The notes below the pieces were generated by a model that was not told the DNA's origin, did no database searches, and was given only the letters and a program-made list of their open reading frames with translations. A stretch of DNA of 64,000 nucleotides from a virus: positions 31,468-95,467 of IMG/VR virus record IMGVR_UViG_3300042516_001671. The stretch is one strand, 5' to 3'. This document shows positions 35,533 to 43,299 of the stretch, in pieces. The position numbers were made by a program, and so were the translations under genes. Numbering within the stretch: the stretch's first letter is position 1; the number at the start of each line of letters is the position of its first letter.

Positions 35533-37640
35533 ACGGGCACTCCCTCAATCGGCGCAGCGCCGCGCATCCCGCCACCCATGTCGCCGATGCCGGGCGTGGA
35601 CACATCCCGCAGGGTCTGCATGACCACCTCTTGCACCTGCTCTGGCGTCATGCCGGCCTGCAGCGCGGCGAGGCGGCGCGTCTCGGCCTCGTACGCCTTG
35701 ACCTCGGCGTCGGCCTCGGCCTTGAACGTGTCGATCTGCAGTTTCTGCGCTTCCATGGACTGGGTGACATTCTGCAGCATCTGCTGCATGGTCTGCATCT
35801 CTTGCATCATCACTTGGATCTGCTTGTTCGCAGCCTGCAGCGCCGGGTCGTCCTGGTCTTCCAGCAGCTTCGGGTCGATGGTCTTGCGCAGGCGGGCGGC
35901 AAGCTCCTCGGCGCCCGGCCAGTCCATGTTCTTCACGAACAGGTCGCCGGCCACGGCCCACAACTGCGGCGAGCCCTGCAGAATCTGCGACATGGCGTCC
36001 ATTGCCTCCTGCCGCTTGGTCAGGTACGACGGGCCGGTGGTCACCACGACGTCGTACTTGCCGACGCTTGGGTTGTAGATCTTCTCAATCACCACGCCGG
36101 CCTGATCCCGCACCTCGCGCACCGGCTCGGGCTGCATCGGGTCAATGCGGGCCATCTTGGTCTCGCCGTCGACGCCGATGATCCGGGCGATGCGCTGCGT
36201 GTCGTAGATCTTTGGGATCAGGTCCACGATCTGCCGCGTGCTGTACCGAATGGCCCGCGCCAGGTTGTCCACGAAGTGGTACGTGCCCGTGTCACCCTGC
36301 CGCTCACGGGCCAGGATGGCTCGGCCGCTGCGCTCGTTGCTGGTGGCGCCGATGCTGCTGTCGTACTGCCCGGTGGTGGCCTTGATGTCGTCCGCAGCGC
36401 CCATCTTGGCTGCAATCAGGCCCTGCTGGGCCATGGGCGGCTGCGCACGCTGCGGCAGCGGCAGGATGGAGCCGTTGCCGTCAGTGACGTCGGGGTTGAC
36501 CTCCAGGTAGGGCCAGTTCTGCGTGTTGGCGGTCTTCCACTGGGTTTCGTAGCCCTCGAACTGCCCGCCGTAGCCGATGAACGGGGCCTTGGGCGCCAGC
36601 GCAAGCATCTCGGCTTCCTGCGACACCCAGTAGTTGTACATGCGCTGCGCGTCCTTGGCGTTGCGCACCAGCCCGCTCACCAGAATCTGGCCATCGACCT
36701 CGAATTCGTTGCCGATCACCCGGATCACAGGAATCCACCGGCCCGCCCAGTCCTGCTCTTCGAGGATCTCGTAGCCGTTGGTCTTCATCCACTTGACCTG
36801 CGGCACCTGAGCCATGCGCGAGCGCACCGGCATCAGGCCCATGGCCTGCATCTGCCGGTCTTCGGGCTCACCTTCCTGCAGCGTGACGTTGCCCGGGTAC
36901 AGGTTGAGCTTGACGCGCTTGTACTCGACGCAGAAGTACTCCGCAATCCGCACCGTGTTCTGCGTCACCCACTGCGCGGTGGCCGAGTCGCCAGTGCCCT
37001 GATCCATCAGCGCGGTGATCGGCGTGGCGTCGGGGAACAGGCGCTCGTACTCGTCGCGCGTCATGTCCTGCGTGATGAAGCACCACTTGGCATCCGACCC
37101 GCAGGGGTCTTGGATGGTCGGGTCCATGTACACGCTGAACGAGTTGCGGATGCGCTCGATCTTGATGTCCTGATCAAACGTGTTCTCGTCGCAATACTCC
37201 GTCAGCAGGCGCCAGTAGCCCTCGCCAAACGTGACCTGGTTCTCGCAGGCGGTGTCGTAAGCGACGTCCGCGTCGGACATGTACTCAATGTGCCGCACCA
37301 CGCCGTCGTAGATCTCGGCAACCTGCGGGTCAGCGCGGTCGTCGGCAGGAATGACCTTGCCACTGGGCCGGTTCTGGCGCTGGTCGTTGGTAACCTGGCG
37401 CACGTGCTGCGGCAGTTTGTTGATCGTCAGGCAGGGCCTGGCGTTGATCGTCTGCCCCTGCACGTTGCCGCGGGTGGCCAGCACGTTGCTCGGCCACTGC
37501 CAGTTGTTGTCCGGGCTGCCGGCCATGAACCGCAGATCGTCAAGCTCGTCATTGCGCGACGAACTCAGTGCGCCGAGCGCCATCTGCAGGCGCTCCCGCA
37601 TGGTGGCTAAGGCGTCGTTTTTGGCTGATTTACGGGCCAT
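35529..37640 (-). CDS. Portal protein, P22-like
   Basis: 703 aa; RPCLTINKL, GLVRNAKDAQRMYNYW, Gln-rich C-terminal barrel helix; follows the terminase. Confidence 0.92.
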   Translation of the reverse strand: MARKSAKNDALATMRERLQMALGALSSSRNDELDDLRFMAGSPDNNWQWPSNVLATRGNVQGQTINARPCLTINKLPQHVRQVTNDQRQNRPSGKVIPADDRADPQVAEIYDGVVRHIEYMSDADVAYDTACENQVTFGEGYWRLLTEYCDENTFDQDIKIERIRNSFSVYMDPTIQDPCGSDAKWCFITQDMTRDEYERLFPDATPITALMDQGTGDSATAQWVTQNTVRIAEYFCVEYKRVKLNLYPGNVTLQEGEPEDRQMQAMGLMPVRSRMAQVPQVKWMKTNGYEILEEQDWAGRWIPVIRVIGNEFEVDGQILVSGLVRNAKDAQRMYNYWVSQEAEMLALAPKAPFIGYGGQFEGYETQWKTANTQNWPYLEVNPDVTDGNGSILPLPQRAQPPMAQQGLIAAKMGAADDIKATTGQYDSSIGATSNERSGRAILARERQGDTGTYHFVDNLARAIRYSTRQIVDLIPKIYDTQRIARIIGVDGETKMARIDPMQPEPVREVRDQAGVVIEKIYNPSVGKYDVVVTTGPSYLTKRQEAMDAMSQILQGSPQLWAVAGDLFVKNMDWPGAEELAARLRKTIDPKLLEDQDDPALQAANKQIQVMMQEMQTMQQMLQNVTQSMEAQKLQIDTFKAEADAEVKAYEAETRRLAALQAGMTPEQVQEVVMQTLRDVSTPGIGDMGGGMRGAAPIEGVPV

Positions 37641-37663
37641 GGCGGGGTAGGGTCACCGATGCG

Positions 37664-37810
37664 TTATTTCTTGCCCTTGGCGGGCGCCTTGGCGGCTCGC
37701 TGCGTGCTGTACGCTACCGCGACCGCCTGCTTCTGCGGCTTGCCGTGGGCCATTTCGGTCTTGACGTTCTTGCGAAACGCCTCTTTGGACGCGGATTTCA
37801 CCAGAGGCAT
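37664..37810 (-). CDS. Small basic phage protein
   Basis: MPLVKSASKEAFRKNV...KQAVAVAY. Confidence 0.75.
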   Translation of the reverse strand: MPLVKSASKEAFRKNVKTEMAHGKPQKQAVAVAYSTQRAAKAPAKGKK

Positions 37811-37811
37811 A

Positions 37812-37970
37812 TCATTTCCCCTTCGGTTTGGCCGTCTTGGCCGACTCGCGGAACGCCTTGGCGGTGGGCGCGCCCGCAGCGCCCGGTTTGCGCATTTTCT
37901 CACCGCTGCCGGCAGCAATTCGCTCGCGTTTGGCGTTGATGTTGGCGTAGAGGCCGGGTTTTTGCGGCAT
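37812..37970 (-). CDS. Small basic phage protein (52 aa, below ORF-track cutoff)
   Basis: My translation MPQKPGLYANINAKRERIAAGSGEKMRKPG... Confidence 0.75.
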   Translation of the reverse strand: MPQKPGLYANINAKRERIAAGSGEKMRKPGAAGAPTAKAFRESAKTAKPKGK

Positions 37971-37972
37971 GA

Positions 37973-38227
37973 TCAGCACTTCCAGCGTTTAAGAGCAGCC
38001 TTGGCTCGCTCGCCGTTCTCGGCCTTTGCGGCGACGCCGCCCATGCGGGCGCAAAACGACTTTTTACGCGCGGCGTCCGCCTCAGTCTTCGGATTCGGCG
38101 CCGGCGCCTTCAGATTACTGCCGGTCTCGCGGTTATACCGCTCCCGGCCCTTGGCCGTCAGGCCAGCGCCCTGCTTCGTGGGCAGCTTTTCGCCCCGACC
38201 AACGCTCAGAGACACCGATTTCGCCAT
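37973..38227 (-). CDS. Small basic phage protein (DUF6321-like)
   Basis: GLTAKGR...RKKSFCARM...ALKRWKC. Confidence 0.75.
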   Translation of the reverse strand: MAKSVSLSVGRGEKLPTKQGAGLTAKGRERYNRETGSNLKAPAPNPKTEADAARKKSFCARMGGVAAKAENGERAKAALKRWKC

Positions 38228-38236
38228 GTTCAGCCC

Positions 38237-39766
38237 TCAGTGAGCCATCCAACCTGCCGTCTGCGAACCGGCGTGAGCCGTCACCACCCGGTGCTGGCTG
38301 CGGGGATTGTACTCCCTGTGAGCCACCGGGAACGCAAACGTCACCGCCAGTGCGTCGGCGGCGTCAGGCGAGGCCAAACCGCGGGCCTTCATCTGCTCCT
38401 TCGTCTCCAGCGCAATCGCGCCCGACGAGTTCGGCTTTGTGCGCGGGCCGCACAGGTCTTTCTTCAGGTTCCTGTCGTCCTTCAGAGACGCCGTGCGCAG
38501 CCACTGCTTCATCGCGCCCCATATCTCTGCCCGCTTGTTCTGGTACGCCTTCTGATCCTTGGCCTTCCAGCCGAAATTCACGCCGCGCACCTTATACCGC
38601 TGCTCCAGCAGTCTGTCCAGCACGCCCGCGCCCAGCCCGCCCTCGTCGATCACCGTCAGCGCCGGCTGAAAATCCTCCATGGCCTCGATCACGTGCCCGA
38701 CCACGGTCATCGTGTCGTCGCCACGGAACCGCCGCACTTCCAGCAGGTCACGGCCCTTCCTGATCACGATGATCGTCGCGTCCGCCCCAAACCGCGCCGG
38801 GTCCACGCCGATCACCACAGGCGCGTCCGGGTCGCGCATCGGGGGCCGCTTCGCGGCTTCTTCCACCAGCCCCAGCGGGATGAACTGATATTCGTCCGCG
38901 CCGGGGAACTCGCCGTACACCTCGACCATCGCCTGCGGCGAGTCCTCGCCGTATTCGTCGATGATCGTCTGGTACACGCCCTTGTCGGTGTCCTCCACCG
39001 TTCTGGCGTCAATGTTCTGCGTGTTCCAGAACGCCCGCTTGGCATTAAAACACTCGAAAAAATACCCCGAATTCCGGCGCGGGTTACTGAACGCACACCA
39101 GAATCGGTGTGGAGTGTTCTCGGTAAAAAATCCGGCTGCCACAGACCAAATCGAGTCCGGGATACCGCTGGCTTCGTCAAACACCACCATCATGCCGTCG
39201 TCGTTGTGCGCGCCAGCGTACGCATCGGGGTTTTCTTCGCTCCAGAGCTTCCCCTCCGCGCCCCAGTAACGCGTGCCCTTCTTCAGGTCGCGCTCCACCA
39301 GTTCGGTGAGCCACTTCGCCGGCACGATGCGCGTGGCGCTGATCTCGAACCAGTGCGAGTTCATCAGCATCGCCAGCCACTTCGTGATCTCGGCCCAAGT
39401 CACGCTTCTGAGCTGCGCCTCGGAGTTCGCTGACACGATCACGCTCGCCCCGATCCGCGTCGAGAGCATCCACAGCACCAGCCAACTGACCAGCGCCGAC
39501 TTCCCGATCCCGCGCCCCGAGGCCACCGCTAGGCGGAATACCTCGTACATATCCCGCGTGCCGTTCGCCTCGATGTGGGTTTTTATCTTCCGCAGAATAT
39601 CCCGCTGCCATTTACGCGGGCCAGTGCGCTTTTCCAGCGGCGTGCCTTTTTCCCCCCAGGGAAACACAAACATTACAAACGCCTCGGGGTCGTCGCGGAG
39701 CTTCGCGCTCCACAGGCGACTCATCAGGGCCTGTTCTTCCTGCGGGGTGTATTTCGTCGTTTGCAC
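38237..39766 (-). CDS. terL: Terminase large subunit
   Basis: Walker A SGRGIGKS, Walker B VVFDEASG, nuclease GVDPARFGAD and SPDAADAL. Confidence 0.95.
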   Translation of the reverse strand: MQTTKYTPQEEQALMSRLWSAKLRDDPEAFVMFVFPWGEKGTPLEKRTGPRKWQRDILRKIKTHIEANGTRDMYEVFRLAVASGRGIGKSALVSWLVLWMLSTRIGASVIVSANSEAQLRSVTWAEITKWLAMLMNSHWFEISATRIVPAKWLTELVERDLKKGTRYWGAEGKLWSEENPDAYAGAHNDDGMMVVFDEASGIPDSIWSVAAGFFTENTPHRFWCAFSNPRRNSGYFFECFNAKRAFWNTQNIDARTVEDTDKGVYQTIIDEYGEDSPQAMVEVYGEFPGADEYQFIPLGLVEEAAKRPPMRDPDAPVVIGVDPARFGADATIIVIRKGRDLLEVRRFRGDDTMTVVGHVIEAMEDFQPALTVIDEGGLGAGVLDRLLEQRYKVRGVNFGWKAKDQKAYQNKRAEIWGAMKQWLRTASLKDDRNLKKDLCGPRTKPNSSGAIALETKEQMKARGLASPDAADALAVTFAFPVAHREYNPRSQHRVVTAHAGSQTAGWMAH

Positions 39767-39778
39767 GCAGTTCCTCGG

Positions 39779-40279
39779 TTATACCGGGCCGTCGACCATT
39801 TCCGGCAACGCCGTTACCGGCAGCGCCGTTACCGGCAAACCACGCGCCAGCGGCTTCACAATCTCTACCGCATCCTCAATCGCCTGCGCGGCCTTCACGC
39901 GCTTCTCGGCCATTTCCAGCGCCGCAGTAATCGAAATCGACTGCGTTACGTCTACCTGGACCTGCTGTTTCGCCACCCAATCGTGCCTGTGCCTCAGAAA
40001 CTCCAGCGCCGCCTTCGAATCCCCGTTCGCTGCCGCCTCGTACAGCGTGCGCGACATCGTCATCTCACTATCAGCACGGCCCTTCATCTCCGCCAATTCC
40101 GCAATCGGGTCCATCAGCTTCAGCCGAGCCAACTCCACCGGCAACATACCCGCAGCCAGCGCCAGCGCATCACCACGCAATCCCAGCTTCGCATTCTCGT
40201 AAATGCGCTCCAGGGCGTCAGGCGTGGCTTTCAGCTCTCTGGCAGTGACGGGTAGGTCGCGGAAGACGGAGAGGTGCAT
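39779..40279 (-). CDS. terS: Terminase small subunit (putative)
   Basis: Immediately upstream of terL; helical, GDSKAALEFL; start uncertain. Confidence 0.7.
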   Translation of the reverse strand: MHLSVFRDLPVTARELKATPDALERIYENAKLGLRGDALALAAGMLPVELARLKLMDPIAELAEMKGRADSEMTMSRTLYEAAANGDSKAALEFLRHRHDWVAKQQVQVDVTQSISITAALEMAEKRVKAAQAIEDAVEIVKPLARGLPVTALPVTALPEMVDGPV

Positions 40280-40571
40280 GGGGCGCGATGATAGCCGATT
40301 GCCAGCAGGAATGAAACCGAGCAACGCTCGCCTCTGCGATTGCCGGCAGCGTGAACAGCGCCAGCCGTCAGCGGCGGCGAACTTGGTGGCGTTTGGCGCC
40401 AAGGCCAAATTTGGGGCGTGGGAAAGTTTATGCAAAAAAAATTGGCTGTGGGGCAGGGGCTTAACGCTGCGAACAATAAAAATTTGGTCTGGGGGGTCCG
40501 TACCATTTCACTCCAAGCCAAGGCCCTACCCGGGGCCTCGATTCTCCGCACCCTCATCATCCACCCCCCAA

Positions 40572-40663
40572 TGATCAGCACACTGACGATCCTTGAGCTG
40601 ATGATCAGCACGCACTTGGTCAGCACACTGACGATTAGCGCACTCACTGTCAGTACACGCACT
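40572..40663. repeat. Degenerate ~15-bp repeats (TCAGCACACTGAC-like, 5 copies)
   Basis: gtcagcacactgacg / attagcgcactcact / gtcagtacacgcact in tandem, plus two copies upstream. Confidence 0.75.
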
Positions 40664-40796
40664 ATGCTGCAGCGCAACACCGAACCGGCAGGGCGTGCCG
40701 GGAGGCTGGACGCGGTCGCATGCAAGTCCTCGCCGACCTGCGATGCCCAAGGGTATTAGTGGCATGAGCATCCTTGCGCCGACTTGAGATGCCCAT

Positions 40797-40940
40797 GGGT
40801 ATTGGGGGTATCGGGGCATACCCCTCGGCCAATACCCCTCGATACCCCTCGATACCCCTCATACCCCTCCCCTTTTATTTAGCTCAACCCCCACGAACTT
40901 TGCTAACTTATCTTCTATTCTGAGGGGTATTAGGGGTATT
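40797..40940. repeat. ATACCCCTC iteron-like repeats around an AT-rich tract (putative origin)
   Basis: Direct copies at 40818, 40832, 40842, 40852, 40861; inverted copies at 40922 and 40932; AT-rich 40872-40920. Confidence 0.7.
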
Positions 40941-41167
40941 CAGAGGAGCGCATGGGTCTGTCGCAGGGGTACAACCGGCACCACGCAGGGGTTTTCATAG
41001 GAGAGCCCCGAGGGGTACACGCTGACGGGCTCGGGTTAGGGAAAGCACCTACCGTTCCTGACTGTTGCTGTAAGTTTCGCGTCAGGAATGCCGCCGATGA
41101 TGCGTGTGTGGCGCCGATGGTCGGTGCTGCTGCTGCCGGCGGGTCCGGCAGATCCGAGGAGTAGACG

Positions 41168-41440
41168 ATGCACCACCCAGCCTTCCCTGCTATCGACATC
41201 CCGCCGCACCTGTTCTCTTACGGGTTCACGACGCACGACGTCTATCACCACGATGCGTGTGTGCGCCTGACGCGTGGCCAGCTGTCCCTGTGGGTTGACC
41301 ACGAAGACCCCGAGAAGCGCGACGGTGAAGGCGCGCGATTCACGATTCACCCGCACGACGAAGATCTGCAGTGTGCTGGTGTCTGGTACGAATTCGACGA
41401 TTTGCCTGCGCTGTTGGCGTATTTGGATACGCTGGTCTGA
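41168..41440 (+). CDS. Phage hypothetical protein
   Basis: GAGGAG RBS; LWVDHEDPEKRD...RF. Confidence 0.7.
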   Translation: MHHPAFPAIDIPPHLFSYGFTTHDVYHHDACVRLTRGQLSLWVDHEDPEKRDGEGARFTIHPHDEDLQCAGVWYEFDDLPALLAYLDTLV

Positions 41441-41484
41441 CGAATAACCCCGGGTTTACGGGCTCGATAAATAGGAGCGAGAAG

Positions 41485-42249
41485 ATGACGACGACGAAGA
41501 ACCCCTACCGCGCGCAGCTGCGCGCTGCCGGCTTGGTGTACAGGCCAATCCTCGGAGAGGCGAGTGCTAAGACAGTGAAGGGTCAGCGTATTGGCTATCT
41601 CACTGGCATATGCTACCTAGTGCCCGACGAAAAGCTCTGCCCGCTCGCGAAGCTTGCCGGTTGCATGGCTGGTTGCCTGCGCACTGCCGGCCGTGGTGCT
41701 TTCGATAGCGTGCAAGCTGCGCGCGCAGCGAAGACCGCGTTTTTCCGCGAGCATCGGCAGGCTTTCATGCTTTCGCTTGCTGCCGATGTTTGGTCGTTGG
41801 CTCGGCGCGCCGAGCGCATGGGGATGCTGCCGTTGGTGCGGCCGAACGGCACCAGCGATATCCCGTTCGAGAATATCCCGGTCGTTGACGGGAAAACGAT
41901 ATTTCAGTTGTTCCCTGATGTACAGTTTTACGATTACACGAAGCATCCTAGCCGGAATTTGTCCGGAAAGACTGCGGATAACTACGATCTGACATACTCG
42001 TTTTCTGCCGTGACGCCGAAGCCTATCAGCATTAAGGGCCTGCAGAATCCCGCGAATCGGCGCACGGCTGTCGTGTTCGATCGTCGCGAGAATATCCCCG
42101 AGTCATTCCGGGGCTGGCCTGTCGTTGACGGGGACGATACCGATGTTCGGCACATCGAACCCGCGCGTGTCGTTGTTGCGCTCTATGCGAAGGGTCGCGC
42201 GCGCTCCGATATGTCCGGGTTCGTTCAGCGTAAGGGACGGGACTATTAA
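41485..42249 (+). CDS. GP88-like protein with three-Cys cluster
   Basis: AGGAG RBS; CPLAKLAGCMAGC, RPNGTSD, FYDYTK, NYDLTYS, VDGDDTDVR, LYAKG. Confidence 0.82.
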   Translation: MTTTKNPYRAQLRAAGLVYRPILGEASAKTVKGQRIGYLTGICYLVPDEKLCPLAKLAGCMAGCLRTAGRGAFDSVQAARAAKTAFFREHRQAFMLSLAADVWSLARRAERMGMLPLVRPNGTSDIPFENIPVVDGKTIFQLFPDVQFYDYTKHPSRNLSGKTADNYDLTYSFSAVTPKPISIKGLQNPANRRTAVVFDRRENIPESFRGWPVVDGDDTDVRHIEPARVVVALYAKGRARSDMSGFVQRKGRDY

Positions 42250-42656
42250 TCGTAGGTTTACGGGTCGCGTGCCGGCCCGTATGCGTGCGATTCTCGCGCG
42301 ACGAAAGCCCTGCGTAAGCCAGCCCACCGACACTCAACACGCCCGGATTCCCTGGGCTCACTGGAGACCCTGCGATGCACGACATCCCCCTCACCGTTGC
42401 CGACGTGTTCGGCGCCCTGGCCATCGGCGCCGCGTTCGGCGTGCTGCTCTGGGCTTTCCCGTGGTGACGCTCCCCGGCCACGCGCCCGACGGCCAGCGGC
42501 GCGCCACAGCGCCCGCGTGCTGGCCTTTCGGCACCGTGACACCACCCGACCCCCGGTCGGCGCCTGTAGCGCCGATTGCGGGGCTTCCCGAGACCCTGAC
42601 GCCTGCCGAGCTGCGCGAGCTGCCGGCGGGGTTGTTCTGACGATGGAGAAACGACG

Positions 42657-42851
42657 ATGCGCCTGATCCTGACCCTGCCGGCCGATTGTGCCGGCGCCGA
42701 TGCCGCCGCGTTCTCGCAGGATGGCGAGTTGCTCGCCTGTGGCGCGCGCGAACACTGCGAGGACGTTGCGATGCAGGCCGCCGGCCTGTACTGCTGGATC
42801 GACCGCGGGCGCGCTGTCATTCGGCGCGATTTTGAAAACCGGGAGGCATGA
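42657..42851 (+). CDS. Phage hypothetical protein
   Basis: GGAGA RBS; coupled to the next ORF. Confidence 0.55.
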   Translation: MRLILTLPADCAGADAAAFSQDGELLACGAREHCEDVAMQAAGLYCWIDRGRAVIRRDFENREA

Positions 42852-43129
42852 TGCCCCTCGTGTTACGTAACTGTGATCCCGACCCCGAGCAGCTAGCCCG
42901 GGGCCTAGAAGCCGCTCACGCAGTCCTGTCGGCTGCCGGCATTACCGCGCACGCCGCCTGGCTGCAATCTGGCTATCACGTGGCCTGGACAGATGCCCTG
43001 GCTATGCAGGCCTGGTATCGGGCCGAGGATGCCTGCGTGCGGGCCGCGTTCGGCTCTTGGCGCGGCGCGCCGCTTGCGGTGGCGATGGAATGGGAGGCAG
43101 ACCCCCCGGGCGCGGAGGGCGAGCGATGA
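42848..43129 (+). CDS. Phage hypothetical protein
   Basis: GGAGG RBS, ATGA overlap. Confidence 0.55.
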   Translation: MMPLVLRNCDPDPEQLARGLEAAHAVLSAAGITAHAAWLQSGYHVAWTDALAMQAWYRAEDACVRAAFGSWRGAPLAVAMEWEADPPGAEGER

Positions 43130-43195
43130 TCTGGGCCGCCATAGCCTTCCTGCTGGCGCTTGCGCTGGCCCTGCTGCTCGACCTATAATCGGCGC

Positions 43196-43291
43196 GCCCG
43201 CTGCGGCGGGCTTTCGCTGTTGTCTCCTCCTGCCGGGCACCCTGCCGGCTTGCTCCCCGGGTCGAGCGTCACGCTCCCCGGGGATTTTTTT
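43196..43291 (+). ncRNA. Putative ~95-nt small RNA with exposed anti-SD (GUUGUCUCCUCCU)
   Basis: TTGCGC (43160) - 18 bp - TATAAT (43184); three hairpins ending in a T-run. Confidence 0.5.
43256..43291 (+). terminator. Intrinsic terminator
   Basis: CCCGGG..GAGCG-TCA-CGCTC-CCCGGG followed by A and a T-run. Confidence 0.75.
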
Positions 43292-43299
43292 AGTCCGGC

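Noticed and set aside
39801-39838. 15-bp tandem repeat (PVTALPVTALP) at the end of terS
   Set aside because: A short in-frame duplication in a probably disordered tail; no sign of separate function.
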